Origin: Thermodesulfobacterium commune DSM 2178
GTDB lineage: Bacteria; Desulfobacterota; Thermodesulfobacteria; Thermodesulfobacteriales; Thermodesulfobacteriaceae
Assembly: GCF_000734015.1 (NCBI RefSeq)
Contig: NZ_CP008796.1
Coordinates: 330,001-362,000, forward strand
Reading direction: 5' to 3'
Length of the DNA: 32,000 nt
Of the stretch, positions 24,676-32,000 are shown one piece after another. The notes below the pieces were generated by a model. That model was not told where the DNA came from and ran no database searches. It worked only from the letters and a program-made list of their open reading frames with translations. Each line of letters opens with the position of its first letter. Position 1 is the first letter of the stretch. Both the position numbers and the translations under genes were made by a program.

Positions 24676-26418
24676 ATGGAAGGCCTTTTAAAAAAATTTT
24701 TTCAACCTTCTAAAAAAGTAATAGCGGACAAAGCGGCTTTTCCTGAAGAGACGGTATCGAGGGTAGAAAACAGGCTTAAAAGCCTGGGGGTTAAGGTTTA
24801 TAAAGGGGTTCAGAGGATAGATAAGGGAAGACTTGGAATTCCTGTTTATATAAGTCTTTATGATATAGATGGACAAAGGATTACCGGAAATTTTAAACAG
24901 ATGGGTAAAGGTTCTACTGAGGTTTTAGCTAAAGCGAGTGCACTTATGGAGTTGGTAGAAAGGTTTTCCCTGTTTTCTTTTTATAGATCGGTAGAAACGG
25001 TAGGAAGATTAACAACTTTCGAAGAGTTAGGAGAAGATGCCCTCTCTTGGGAAATATTTTTGAGGTCTATAGAAGATGACGAACAAGATAAGGTTAAAGA
25101 AATAGCCTATCGTTATATAAAAAAGACTCCTATGTGGTTTGTTCCTGGATTAGAGGTTACTACTAAAAAAGTTAAATATCTACCTTTTCATTGGTTTTGG
25201 ATACTTTATGAATATAATGGATCTGCTGGAGGAAATACCTATCCTGAGGCAGCCATTCAGGCTATCTGTGAGTTGATAGAAAGACATGTGAACGCTCTTT
25301 CGGTGAGAAAGGGTATACCAATGGCTGAAATAAAAAGAAGTTCAATTTCAGGGGAAGGAGAAAGGCTTCTTTCTTGTTATGAGAGATTGGGGATTAAAGT
25401 GTGGATAAGAGATATGACCTTTGGAATGCCTGCTCCAACAATAGCGGTGATGGCGATGGATCCCTCTACCTATCCTCACAGAAGTGAAATCGTTTATGCT
25501 GCTGGTACAGGCACCTCACCAGAAAGGGCTTTAATAAGGGCCTTGACAGAAGTAGCTCAGCTGGCAGGAGATTTTGATACCGAGGGTAAATATTTAGAAA
25601 GTGGACTTCCCAAATTTCGTACCTTAGAAGAAGCTTCTCAGGTATTAGCTACCAACGGAGAGGTTAGTTTGGAGGATCTTCCTAATCTTTATTCCGAAGA
25701 TCATACGCAAGAACTTGAGGTGTTAACCGATAAACTAAAAGAGATAGGTTATCAAACCTATTTGATAGATATCACTCGCCCAGATTTAGAAATTCCTGCG
25801 GTTTATGCGGTGATTCCAGGAATACTTTTTAGAGAAAGAACTAAGATTTCTTATCTTTATCAGTTTGTAAGAACTTTAAGTCTTTATTTTCCTCTTGAGT
25901 CTCAGAAATCAATCTTAGAAGATTTGATAAAGGAGGTACCAGACAGATATTTTCTTTGGGCTTTTCTGGGTAATGTGTATAAAGAACTAAAAGAGTTTAG
26001 CAAAGCGATTTCAGCCTATCAAAAGGCACTTGGAATGATCGATTTTGACGACGACAAAATAGCCCTTTATACACATTTAGCCGATGCTTATTTAAAGGAT
26101 GAACAGTATAAAGAAGCGGTGGAAACTGCTTTACGAGGTCTTTCTTTAGAAGAGGTACCTGAGCTTTACAACATCTTAGGAAGGGCTTATTATAAATTAG
26201 AAGAATATTTTTTAGCGATGGAGGCCTTCTGTAAAGCTATAGATTTAAATCCTGCTTCAGCCATAGACTATGCTAATGTAGGTTATTGTTTAAAGGCGTT
26301 AAACCAGCTACCTACTGCAGAGGTTTTTTTCTTAAAAGCCTTAGAGCTTAATCCTGATTTGACGGTTGCTAAAATGGGATTAGAATATTGTGGAAAGTTT
26401 TTAAACAACCAAAACTAA
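24676..26418 (+). CDS. ycaO: YcaO-domain ATP-dependent amide-activating enzyme with a C-terminal TPR domain (E. coli-type, non-azoline architecture)
   Basis: YcaO motifs GKGSTEVLAKASALMELVERF, NGSAGGNTYPEAAIQAICELIERH and GTGTSPERALIRALTEVAQ. About four TPR-like 34-aa repeats run from residue ~425 (YKELKEFSKAISAYQKAL ... FFLKALELNPD). AAGGAG SD. Confidence 0.88.
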   Translation: MEGLLKKFFQPSKKVIADKAAFPEETVSRVENRLKSLGVKVYKGVQRIDKGRLGIPVYISLYDIDGQRITGNFKQMGKGSTEVLAKASALMELVERFSLFSFYRSVETVGRLTTFEELGEDALSWEIFLRSIEDDEQDKVKEIAYRYIKKTPMWFVPGLEVTTKKVKYLPFHWFWILYEYNGSAGGNTYPEAAIQAICELIERHVNALSVRKGIPMAEIKRSSISGEGERLLSCYERLGIKVWIRDMTFGMPAPTIAVMAMDPSTYPHRSEIVYAAGTGTSPERALIRALTEVAQLAGDFDTEGKYLESGLPKFRTLEEASQVLATNGEVSLEDLPNLYSEDHTQELEVLTDKLKEIGYQTYLIDITRPDLEIPAVYAVIPGILFRERTKISYLYQFVRTLSLYFPLESQKSILEDLIKEVPDRYFLWAFLGNVYKELKEFSKAISAYQKALGMIDFDDDKIALYTHLADAYLKDEQYKEAVETALRGLSLEEVPELYNILGRAYYKLEEYFLAMEAFCKAIDLNPASAIDYANVGYCLKALNQLPTAEVFFLKALELNPDLTVAKMGLEYCGKFLNNQN

Positions 26419-26434
26419 TCCTTGGAGGGTAAAG

Positions 26435-26869
26435 GTGGTCTACAAAAAGGGTTTATATCTTAAGTTTAACCCAGAGATAGTAGACCAGCCTATAGTATAT
26501 AGGCTGGTAAAGGATTATGATTTAGTTTTTAACATTCTTAGGGCGGTAATCACTCCTGGTAAAGAAGGTATCATGATCTTAGAGTTAGAAGGCACCCCTG
26601 AAAAACTAAGAGAAGGATTAAACTATCTTAGAGAGGTAGGGGTTGAAGTCAAGTCTTTAGAACAACAGATCATCAAAAATGAGGAAAAATGTATTCATTG
26701 TGGAAACTGTACTGCTGCATGTCCAACAGGGGCTCTTTATGTAGAAAAAGATACCTTTTATATAAGGTTTAACCCTGAAAAATGCACTGCTTGTGAGTTT
26801 TGTGTGGCAGTTTGTATCACCAAAGCTATGGAGGTTCACGTAGAAAGTGAGGTAGAAAGTTTTACCTAA
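26435..26869 (+). CDS. NIL-domain protein fused to a 2x[4Fe-4S] ferredoxin domain
   Basis: GTG start with a GGAGGG SD, 16 nt after the ycaO stop. The N-domain is DQPIVYRLVKDYDLVFNILRAVITPGKEGIMILELEG, a MetN C-terminal-type NIL domain that includes the literal NIL tripeptide. It is followed by CIHCGNCTAACP and CTACEFCVAVC cluster motifs. Confidence 0.85.
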   Translation: MVYKKGLYLKFNPEIVDQPIVYRLVKDYDLVFNILRAVITPGKEGIMILELEGTPEKLREGLNYLREVGVEVKSLEQQIIKNEEKCIHCGNCTAACPTGALYVEKDTFYIRFNPEKCTACEFCVAVCITKAMEVHVESEVESFT

Positions 26870-26878
26870 AGAGGTCTA

Positions 26879-26907
26879 TTGACTTTTAAATAAAATTTTA
26901 ACATAAT
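26879..26907 (+). promoter_or_regulatory. Near-consensus sigma-70 promoter for pilT (TTGACT - 17 nt - CATAAT)
   Basis: TTGACT at 26879-26884, a 17-nt AT-rich spacer, and CATAAT at 26902-26907. Only 9 nt separate the -10 from the pilT ATG (26917), and there is no SD in between. Confidence 0.6.
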
Positions 26908-26916
26908 TATTAGACA

Positions 26917-28008
26917 ATGGCGAAGTTAGACGCTTTTTTTAAATTGATGGTTGACACCCAAGCTTCTGACCTGCATCTTTCTGCAGGTAATCCTCCCCTT
27001 CTTAGGATCCACGGCGACCTTCAAAGGGTTAAATATAAAGTTTTAGAAGATGAAGAACTTAGAGAAATGCTCTATGAAATAGCTCCTGAAGAAATCATCA
27101 AAAAGTTTGAAGAACAAGGGGAAGTAGACTGGGGTTATGAAATTCCTGGTTTAGCTCGTTTTAGGGTGAACTATTATCGTCAAAGAAGAGGGGTTGCTGC
27201 AGCCTTTAGGCTTATTCCTAACAAGATAAAAACTGTAGAAGAATTAGGTCTTCCTCCTATCCTTAATCGGTTAGCTCTTTTACCAAGAGGTTTAGTTTTG
27301 GTTACTGGTCCTACAGGGTCAGGTAAATCTACAACCTTAGCTGCTATTATAGACTATGCCAACAGAATGCGTTATGACCATATTATTACCATAGAAGACC
27401 CTATCGAGTTTGTGCATGAACCTAAGAATTGCTTAATAAACCAAAGAGAGGTGGGTACCCATACTAAAAGTTTTGCTAATGCCCTTAGGGCTGCTCTGAG
27501 AGAAGACCCTGATATTATCATGATAGGTGAAATGAGAGATTTAGAAACCATTTCTTTAGCTCTTGAAGCAGCTTTAACCGGACATTTAGTATTTGCTACC
27601 CTTCATACCATCAGCGCAGCTCAAACTGTGAGTAGAATTGTGGATGCTTTTCCTCCGGAGGAAAGAGACCAGATAAGGGTTTCTTTATCAGAGGCTTTAA
27701 GAGCAGTTATTTCTCAAACGATGTTTAAAAGGATAGACAGACCTGGTAGAATTGTGGCTATGGAAATCATGATAGCTACTCCTGCTATCAGAAATCTGAT
27801 AAGAGAAAATAAGATCCATCAAATACCTTCGATGATTCAGATGGGTAGAAAATATGGGATGATGTCTCTTGATGATTGTATTATGGAATATCTTAACAAC
27901 AAGTGGATAAGCCCTGAAGAAGCCTTTATTAAGGCAGTTGATAAAAGTAGGTTTATTCCTTTTGTCCAAAATAAAGAAATTTTAGACTTCACCGAAATGC
28001 CGGGTTAG
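26917..28008 (+). CDS. pilT: Type IV pilus retraction ATPase PilT
   Basis: ASDLHLSAGNPPLLRIHGDL N-terminus. Walker A GPTGSGKSTT. Asp/His boxes. PilT-specific AIRNLIRENK motif. 363 aa. Confidence 0.92.
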   Translation: MAKLDAFFKLMVDTQASDLHLSAGNPPLLRIHGDLQRVKYKVLEDEELREMLYEIAPEEIIKKFEEQGEVDWGYEIPGLARFRVNYYRQRRGVAAAFRLIPNKIKTVEELGLPPILNRLALLPRGLVLVTGPTGSGKSTTLAAIIDYANRMRYDHIITIEDPIEFVHEPKNCLINQREVGTHTKSFANALRAALREDPDIIMIGEMRDLETISLALEAALTGHLVFATLHTISAAQTVSRIVDAFPPEERDQIRVSLSEALRAVISQTMFKRIDRPGRIVAMEIMIATPAIRNLIRENKIHQIPSMIQMGRKYGMMSLDDCIMEYLNNKWISPEEAFIKAVDKSRFIPFVQNKEILDFTEMPG

Positions 28009-28015
28009 TAAATCC

Positions 28016-29179
28016 ATGCTAACAGATTTTGATATAAAAGCGCTATTTTCTAAGTTGGCTAATATAGAACCAGGTATTTCTGATATTTTCATCCTTTCAG
28101 GTTATCCTTTTCAGGTTATGGTTTATGGAAAGATGAAAAATGTATATTTAGAAGATTTTTATGTAGAAAAATTAACCCCTCACCAAACCGAGACCATTGC
28201 TTTTAACCTTTTAAAAGAAAATCCTAGACTTTTTTTTAAACTTTTTAAAGATGGATATGCAGACCTTTCTTATTTTTTAGATGACGAAACTCGTTTTAGG
28301 GTAAACATCTTTTCTCGTCAAAAAACCTATAATATTATTATGAGAAAACTTGAGAGTAGGGTTAAAGGTATAGATGAGCTAGGTCTCCCTGAGGTTTTTT
28401 ATAAAATAGCTAAAGAAAAATTTGGGATTGTGCTAGTTACTGGAGCTACAGGTCAGGGGAAAACCACTACCTTAGCTGCTATCCTTCATGAAATAAATAA
28501 GACTCAACCGGTTCATATTTTAACCTTAGAAGACCCTGTAGAATATATCCATCAACCAATTAAAGCTACCATTAATCAGAGAGAATTAGGTACAGATTTT
28601 AGCTCCTATGCAGAGGGACTTAGGGCTGCCCTAAGAGAAGCTCCTCAGGTGATTTTAGTAGGAGAAATAAGAGATAGAGAAACAATGGATATTGCCCTTA
28701 TGGCAGCTGAAACAGGACATTTAGTTTTTTCTACTTTGCATACGATAGGAGCTTCTCAAACGATAAACAGGGTGATTGGTTTTTACCCTCCCGATGAAGA
28801 AAACTTTATAAGACAAAGATTAGCAGCCTCGTTAAAATGGGTTATAGGACAAAAACTCCTTCCCAAGATAGGAGGAGGAAGGATTCCCGTGTTTGATATT
28901 CTTTACAATAACTTAAGGGCAAAGGAAATTATTCTCACAGGAGAATCGGAAGGTAAAACTCTTTATGATGTTATGACCCAAGGTAAGCCTTTTGGAATGC
29001 AAACTTTTGATCAACACCTTATAGAACTTTATGAAAAAAATCTTATAGAAGAAGATTTAGCCATTTATCATGCATTAAGAAAAGATATTGTAGGAAGACA
29101 GATAGACCTTATTAAGAAAAAAAGAAGGGTTGAGGAGGAAACATTTCACTTAGAACTTGGAGGTAAAGGAGTAAAATAA
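28016..29179 (+). CDS. pilU: PilT-family hexameric ATPase paralogue (PilU-like; lacks the AIRNLIRE motif)
   Basis: Walker A GATGQGKTTT, LTLEDPVEYIH, GEIRDRETMDIAL and GHLVFSTLHT. The position equivalent to AIRNLIRE reads NLRAKEIILTGE. Confidence 0.8.
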   Translation: MLTDFDIKALFSKLANIEPGISDIFILSGYPFQVMVYGKMKNVYLEDFYVEKLTPHQTETIAFNLLKENPRLFFKLFKDGYADLSYFLDDETRFRVNIFSRQKTYNIIMRKLESRVKGIDELGLPEVFYKIAKEKFGIVLVTGATGQGKTTTLAAILHEINKTQPVHILTLEDPVEYIHQPIKATINQRELGTDFSSYAEGLRAALREAPQVILVGEIRDRETMDIALMAAETGHLVFSTLHTIGASQTINRVIGFYPPDEENFIRQRLAASLKWVIGQKLLPKIGGGRIPVFDILYNNLRAKEIILTGESEGKTLYDVMTQGKPFGMQTFDQHLIELYEKNLIEEDLAIYHALRKDIVGRQIDLIKKKRRVEEETFHLELGGKGVK

Positions 29180-29188
29180 GGGGTATTT

Positions 29189-29665
29189 ATGAGGGTTGAT
29201 GTTTCAGATTTATTTTTACAAAAATTAGTCGTCGGTTTTTTTTGGAAACTTTCCGATTCTTTCAGTCCTATAGCAGAGTGGTTTGAAGTTAATAAAGATT
29301 ATGTTGTAAGAGAAATTAAAGATAAGGAAGACTTAATATTTTTGATTAAAAACAGACTTTTAAAGGTATTAGTGATAGGGGTTAATTCTTTAGAAGAAGC
29401 TTATGAGATCAAACAATTTTTAGATTTTAAAATCTCTGTTGAACTAAGAAGAGAGCTTGAGGTGATATATGTAAGTCCTCAGGTACAAACTTTAGACCCA
29501 AAAACTACTTTTTTATGGAGTGCTAATTTAGTTTTAAACCCTCAGCATTTATCAGAATTTTCAACCATTTATACCAAGGGTCTTTCCTATTGGGAAGATC
29601 TTTATAAACATTTTAAGAAAACTCAAAAATATTTTTTTGAAAAAAGTCTTGAGGGAGGGGTATGA
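29189..29665 (+). CDS. Hypothetical 158-aa protein with no recognisable motif
   Basis: The ORF has an AAGGGG SD 9 nt after the pilU-like stop, and its stop overlaps the galU start (ATGATG). Codon usage is consistent with its neighbours. No TM segment or signal peptide is evident. Confidence 0.55.
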   Translation: MRVDVSDLFLQKLVVGFFWKLSDSFSPIAEWFEVNKDYVVREIKDKEDLIFLIKNRLLKVLVIGVNSLEEAYEIKQFLDFKISVELRRELEVIYVSPQVQTLDPKTTFLWSANLVLNPQHLSEFSTIYTKGLSYWEDLYKHFKKTQKYFFEKSLEGGV

Positions 29666-30546
29666 TGATAAAAAAAGCGGTGCTACCTGTGGCAGGACTT
29701 GGAACAAGGATGCTTCCGATTACTAAAGTAGTCCCTAAGGAACTTTTACCTGTTATAGAAAGGCCTACGATAGAGTATGTGATAGACGAAGCAATTCAGT
29801 CTGGAGTTAATACCTTGGTTTTTATCATTTCTCAAGGTAAAGGTAAGATTATAGATTACTTTGATATTGATTTAAACTTAAGGAGTTTTCTTAAAGAAAG
29901 AGGGAAAACAGAACTTTTAGCAAAGGTACAAGAGGTAGAGGAAAAGATCAAACATCTTATAGAGGTTAGACAAAAGGTGCCTGAGGGATTAGGACATGCT
30001 ATCTTGATGGCAGAAAAGGCGGTAGGAAACGAACCTTTTGCTGTGTTATTAGGAGATGACCTGGTAGATGCAGATCCCCCCTGTCTCAAACAGATGTTAG
30101 AAGTTTATCAAAATTTGTTTTCAAAAAGTTCTGAAATAAGCCTTATAGGAGTTGAAGAGGTAACCTGGGAAAATGTTTCTAAGTATGGGATTATCGATGG
30201 CGAAAGGGTAGGGACCGACCTTATAAAGGTAAAAAAAGTGGTAGAAAAACCTAAACCAGAAGAAGCTCCTTCTAATTTTGCTATCATAGGACGTTATATT
30301 TTAAATCCTATAGTGTTTGATTATCTTAAAAGAATTCCTAAGGTCAACGGGGAATATCAGCTTACAGATGCTATTCAGCTTATGATAGATGCAGGACACG
30401 AGGTATATGCCTATTTATTTAAAGGAAAAAGGTTTGATACAGGAAACAAAGAAGGTTTTTTCCAGACTATTCTTCATTACGCATGTAAAGACCCTAGGCT
30501 TGAGGCAGTTTTAAGAAGTTTTTGCCAAGAACGCTTCGGTTTTTGA
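29662..30546 (+). CDS. galU: UTP--glucose-1-phosphate uridylyltransferase
   Basis: KAVLPVAGLGTRMLPITKVVPKELLPV N-terminus, LLGDDL, VEKPKPEEAPSNFAIIGRYIL and EYQLTDAI motifs. 294 aa. Confidence 0.93.
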   Translation: MMIKKAVLPVAGLGTRMLPITKVVPKELLPVIERPTIEYVIDEAIQSGVNTLVFIISQGKGKIIDYFDIDLNLRSFLKERGKTELLAKVQEVEEKIKHLIEVRQKVPEGLGHAILMAEKAVGNEPFAVLLGDDLVDADPPCLKQMLEVYQNLFSKSSEISLIGVEEVTWENVSKYGIIDGERVGTDLIKVKKVVEKPKPEEAPSNFAIIGRYILNPIVFDYLKRIPKVNGEYQLTDAIQLMIDAGHEVYAYLFKGKRFDTGNKEGFFQTILHYACKDPRLEAVLRSFCQERFGF

Positions 30547-30568
30547 GATAAAAAATTTTAAACCTTAA

Positions 30569-32000
30569 ATGTATCTTGTTGAGGTAGTCCTTCCTTTACC
30601 TTTACATCAAACTTTTTCTTACTTAAGTGACAGGTTCATCCTTCCTGGGGTAAGGTGTATTGTTCCTTTTAGAAACTCAAGGTTAATAGGGATTGTACTA
30701 AACTGTGAGTTAGTTGAGGGGAACCTCATCGATAATTCTCCTTTTACTTACAAAGAAATAGAAGAAGTAATAGACAAAGAACCTATCGTGCCTCCCAAGA
30801 TGTTTCCTTTTTTTGAATGGGTTGCAAATTATTATCTATGTGCTTTAGGTTTGGTTTACAAAATTGCCCTTCCCTCTGGGATCTTTAGTCTTCCTAAAAA
30901 ACGAATTTTTCTTACCTCACAAGGAAAAGAGGCTTTGAAAAAAGGAGATCTTCCTGAGGTTTTTTCTTTGATAAAAACAAAAGGATATGAGTTTAAGAGT
31001 TTTCTTAGAAAGACCAAACTTTCTTCTAAAGAATTGCAGAAATGGAAAAAACAAGGATTGATAGAAATTCAGTACTATTTTCCAGAAGTAAAAATTCCCA
31101 CTGAAGTTTTTATTAAATTAAAGCCTAGTCTGTCAGAAGAAGTTATAGAAAAAAACGAAATATTACGTTATATCAATAGATTAAAAGAAGTTCCTGAGAA
31201 AATTTTAAAAAATCTTTTTTCTTCTAAAGAGGTAAACAAGTTAATCAAGAAAGGGTTTTTGGAGCGGGTAGAGTATTTGAAAATGAGAAAGATTCCTATG
31301 TTTATGTCTGTTCCAGAAAAGTATGTTTTGACTCCTTTACAGAGAAGAGTTTTTTTAAACATTAAGGAAAGACTTGATAAAGGGGGTTTTTATCCTATTT
31401 TGCTTTTTGGGGTTACAGGGAGTGGTAAGTCTTTAATATATTTAGAGGCTATAAAGGAGGTCTTAAATCAGGGTAAAAAAGTCTTAGTTCTGGTTCCTGA
31501 GATCGCGTTAACCACTTATATGGAAATGTTGTTGCTTAAGCATTTCAAAACAGAGATAGCGGTTCTTCATAGTGGTCTTTCAGCAGGAGAAAGATTTAGA
31601 GAGTGGCAAAGAATTGTTAAGGGTGAGGTTAAAATCGTGGTAGGAGCAAGGTCTGCTATTTTTGCTCCTATAGAAGGATTGGGATTGATAGTAGTGGATG
31701 AAGAGCATGATCCTTCTTATAAAGAGGAGACTCTTCCCTGTAAATATAATGCGAGAGACCTTGCTTTGGTAAGAGGGAGCTTAGAAAACATACCGGTAAT
31801 TTTAGGTTCAGCTACCCCAAGCATAAAAACTTTTTACAAGGCTGTTGAAGGAAAATATGACCTTTTGGTTCTAAAAGAACGTCCTTATACACAACTTCCA
31901 GAGGTTCGTCTTATAAAAAATCCAGGTTTTAAGCTGATTACTTCATCTTTAAAAAAGGCTATAGATGAGGAAATTGCCAAAGGAAAATCGGTATTTTTAT
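30569..32000 (+). CDS. priA: Primosomal protein N' (replication restart helicase PriA), N-terminal ~477 aa; 3' end lies outside the window
   Basis: My own translation starts from ATG 30569, the first ATG after an in-frame TAA. It is absent from the ORF track because it has no stop in the window. The sequence reads MYLVEVVLPLPLHQTFSYL...LLFGVTGSGKSLIYLEAI...VLVLVPEIALT...VVDEEHDPSYKEE (DEEH box)...ILGSATPS. Confidence 0.9.
   Translation, partial: MYLVEVVLPLPLHQTFSYLSDRFILPGVRCIVPFRNSRLIGIVLNCELVEGNLIDNSPFTYKEIEEVIDKEPIVPPKMFPFFEWVANYYLCALGLVYKIALPSGIFSLPKKRIFLTSQGKEALKKGDLPEVFSLIKTKGYEFKSFLRKTKLSSKELQKWKKQGLIEIQYYFPEVKIPTEVFIKLKPSLSEEVIEKNEILRYINRLKEVPEKILKNLFSSKEVNKLIKKGFLERVEYLKMRKIPMFMSVPEKYVLTPLQRRVFLNIKERLDKGGFYPILLFGVTGSGKSLIYLEAIKEVLNQGKKVLVLVPEIALTTYMEMLLLKHFKTEIAVLHSGLSAGERFREWQRIVKGEVKIVVGARSAIFAPIEGLGLIVVDEEHDPSYKEETLPCKYNARDLALVRGSLENIPVILGSATPSIKTFYKAVEGKYDLLVLKERPYTQLPEVRLIKNPGFKLITSSLKKAIDEEIAKGKSVFL

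Noticed and set aside
24608-26916. RiPP-type biosynthetic cluster with a precursor peptide next to YcaO
   Set aside because: The flanking non-coding gaps are 68, 16 and 47 bp, with no short ORF. No protease, transporter, dehydrogenase or E1-like/Ocin-ThiF partner is present. The YcaO also has the long E. coli-type architecture with TPRs, which argues for a protein substrate in trans rather than a RiPP.
1-32000. Mobile elements, CRISPR arrays, prophage or defence islands, and tRNA/rRNA genes
   Set aside because: I recognise no transposase, integrase or Cas-like ORFs. There are no regularly spaced direct repeats and no long terminal inverted repeats. No non-coding gap is large enough to hold a structured RNA gene apart from 16724-16937, which shows no tRNA-like cloverleaf.

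Overview
The window is a visibly AT-rich, very tightly packed bacterial chromosomal segment. Many genes have overlapping start/stop codons, and the encoded proteins are rich in Lys, Glu and Ile with AGA/AGG arginine codons. This fits a small-genome thermophile, possibly Thermodesulfobacteriota- or Aquificota-like, though that placement is inference only. I support 26 protein-coding genes: a 5'-truncated recN and a 3'-truncated priA at the edges, plus 24 complete genes. I see no rRNA, tRNA, CRISPR array, transposase or integrase. Most genes are housekeeping: mpl, uvrC, ileS-lspA, mnmG, rpoD, mnmA, galU, a pabB-pabC fusion, an IPMDH-family dehydrogenase, and an NtrB/NtrC-like sigma-54 two-component pair. 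The most unusual locus is an E. coli-type YcaO-TPR enzyme (24676..26418). It is followed 16 nt later by a NIL-domain di-[4Fe-4S] ferredoxin (26435..26869), with no TfuA, E1-like or cyclodehydratase partner and no precursor peptide. I propose this pair as a candidate uncharacterised sulfur-insertion (thioamidation-type) module. Other items worth a second look:
- a 627-aa membrane-anchored protein with an exact CX2CX4HX4C zinc knuckle, wedged into the ileS-lspA operon;
- a divergent Tpt1/KptA-like protein that appears to lack catalytic motifs, convergent with a PcnB-like nucleotidyltransferase;
- a THUMP-less ThiI-like PP-loop protein translationally coupled to a DUF62 SAM hydrolase;
- a minimal UvrD-like helicase ending in a beta-clamp-type QPSLF motif;
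- an orphan pilT-pilU pair with an apparently leaderless promoter and a trailing unknown 158-aa gene;
- a non-Cys bacterial Thi4 with no TPP riboswitch;
- an in-frame 9-bp x3 tandem repeat.
Sulfur-transfer chemistry recurs across the window (ThiI-like, Thi4, MnmA, YcaO, NIL-ferredoxin).
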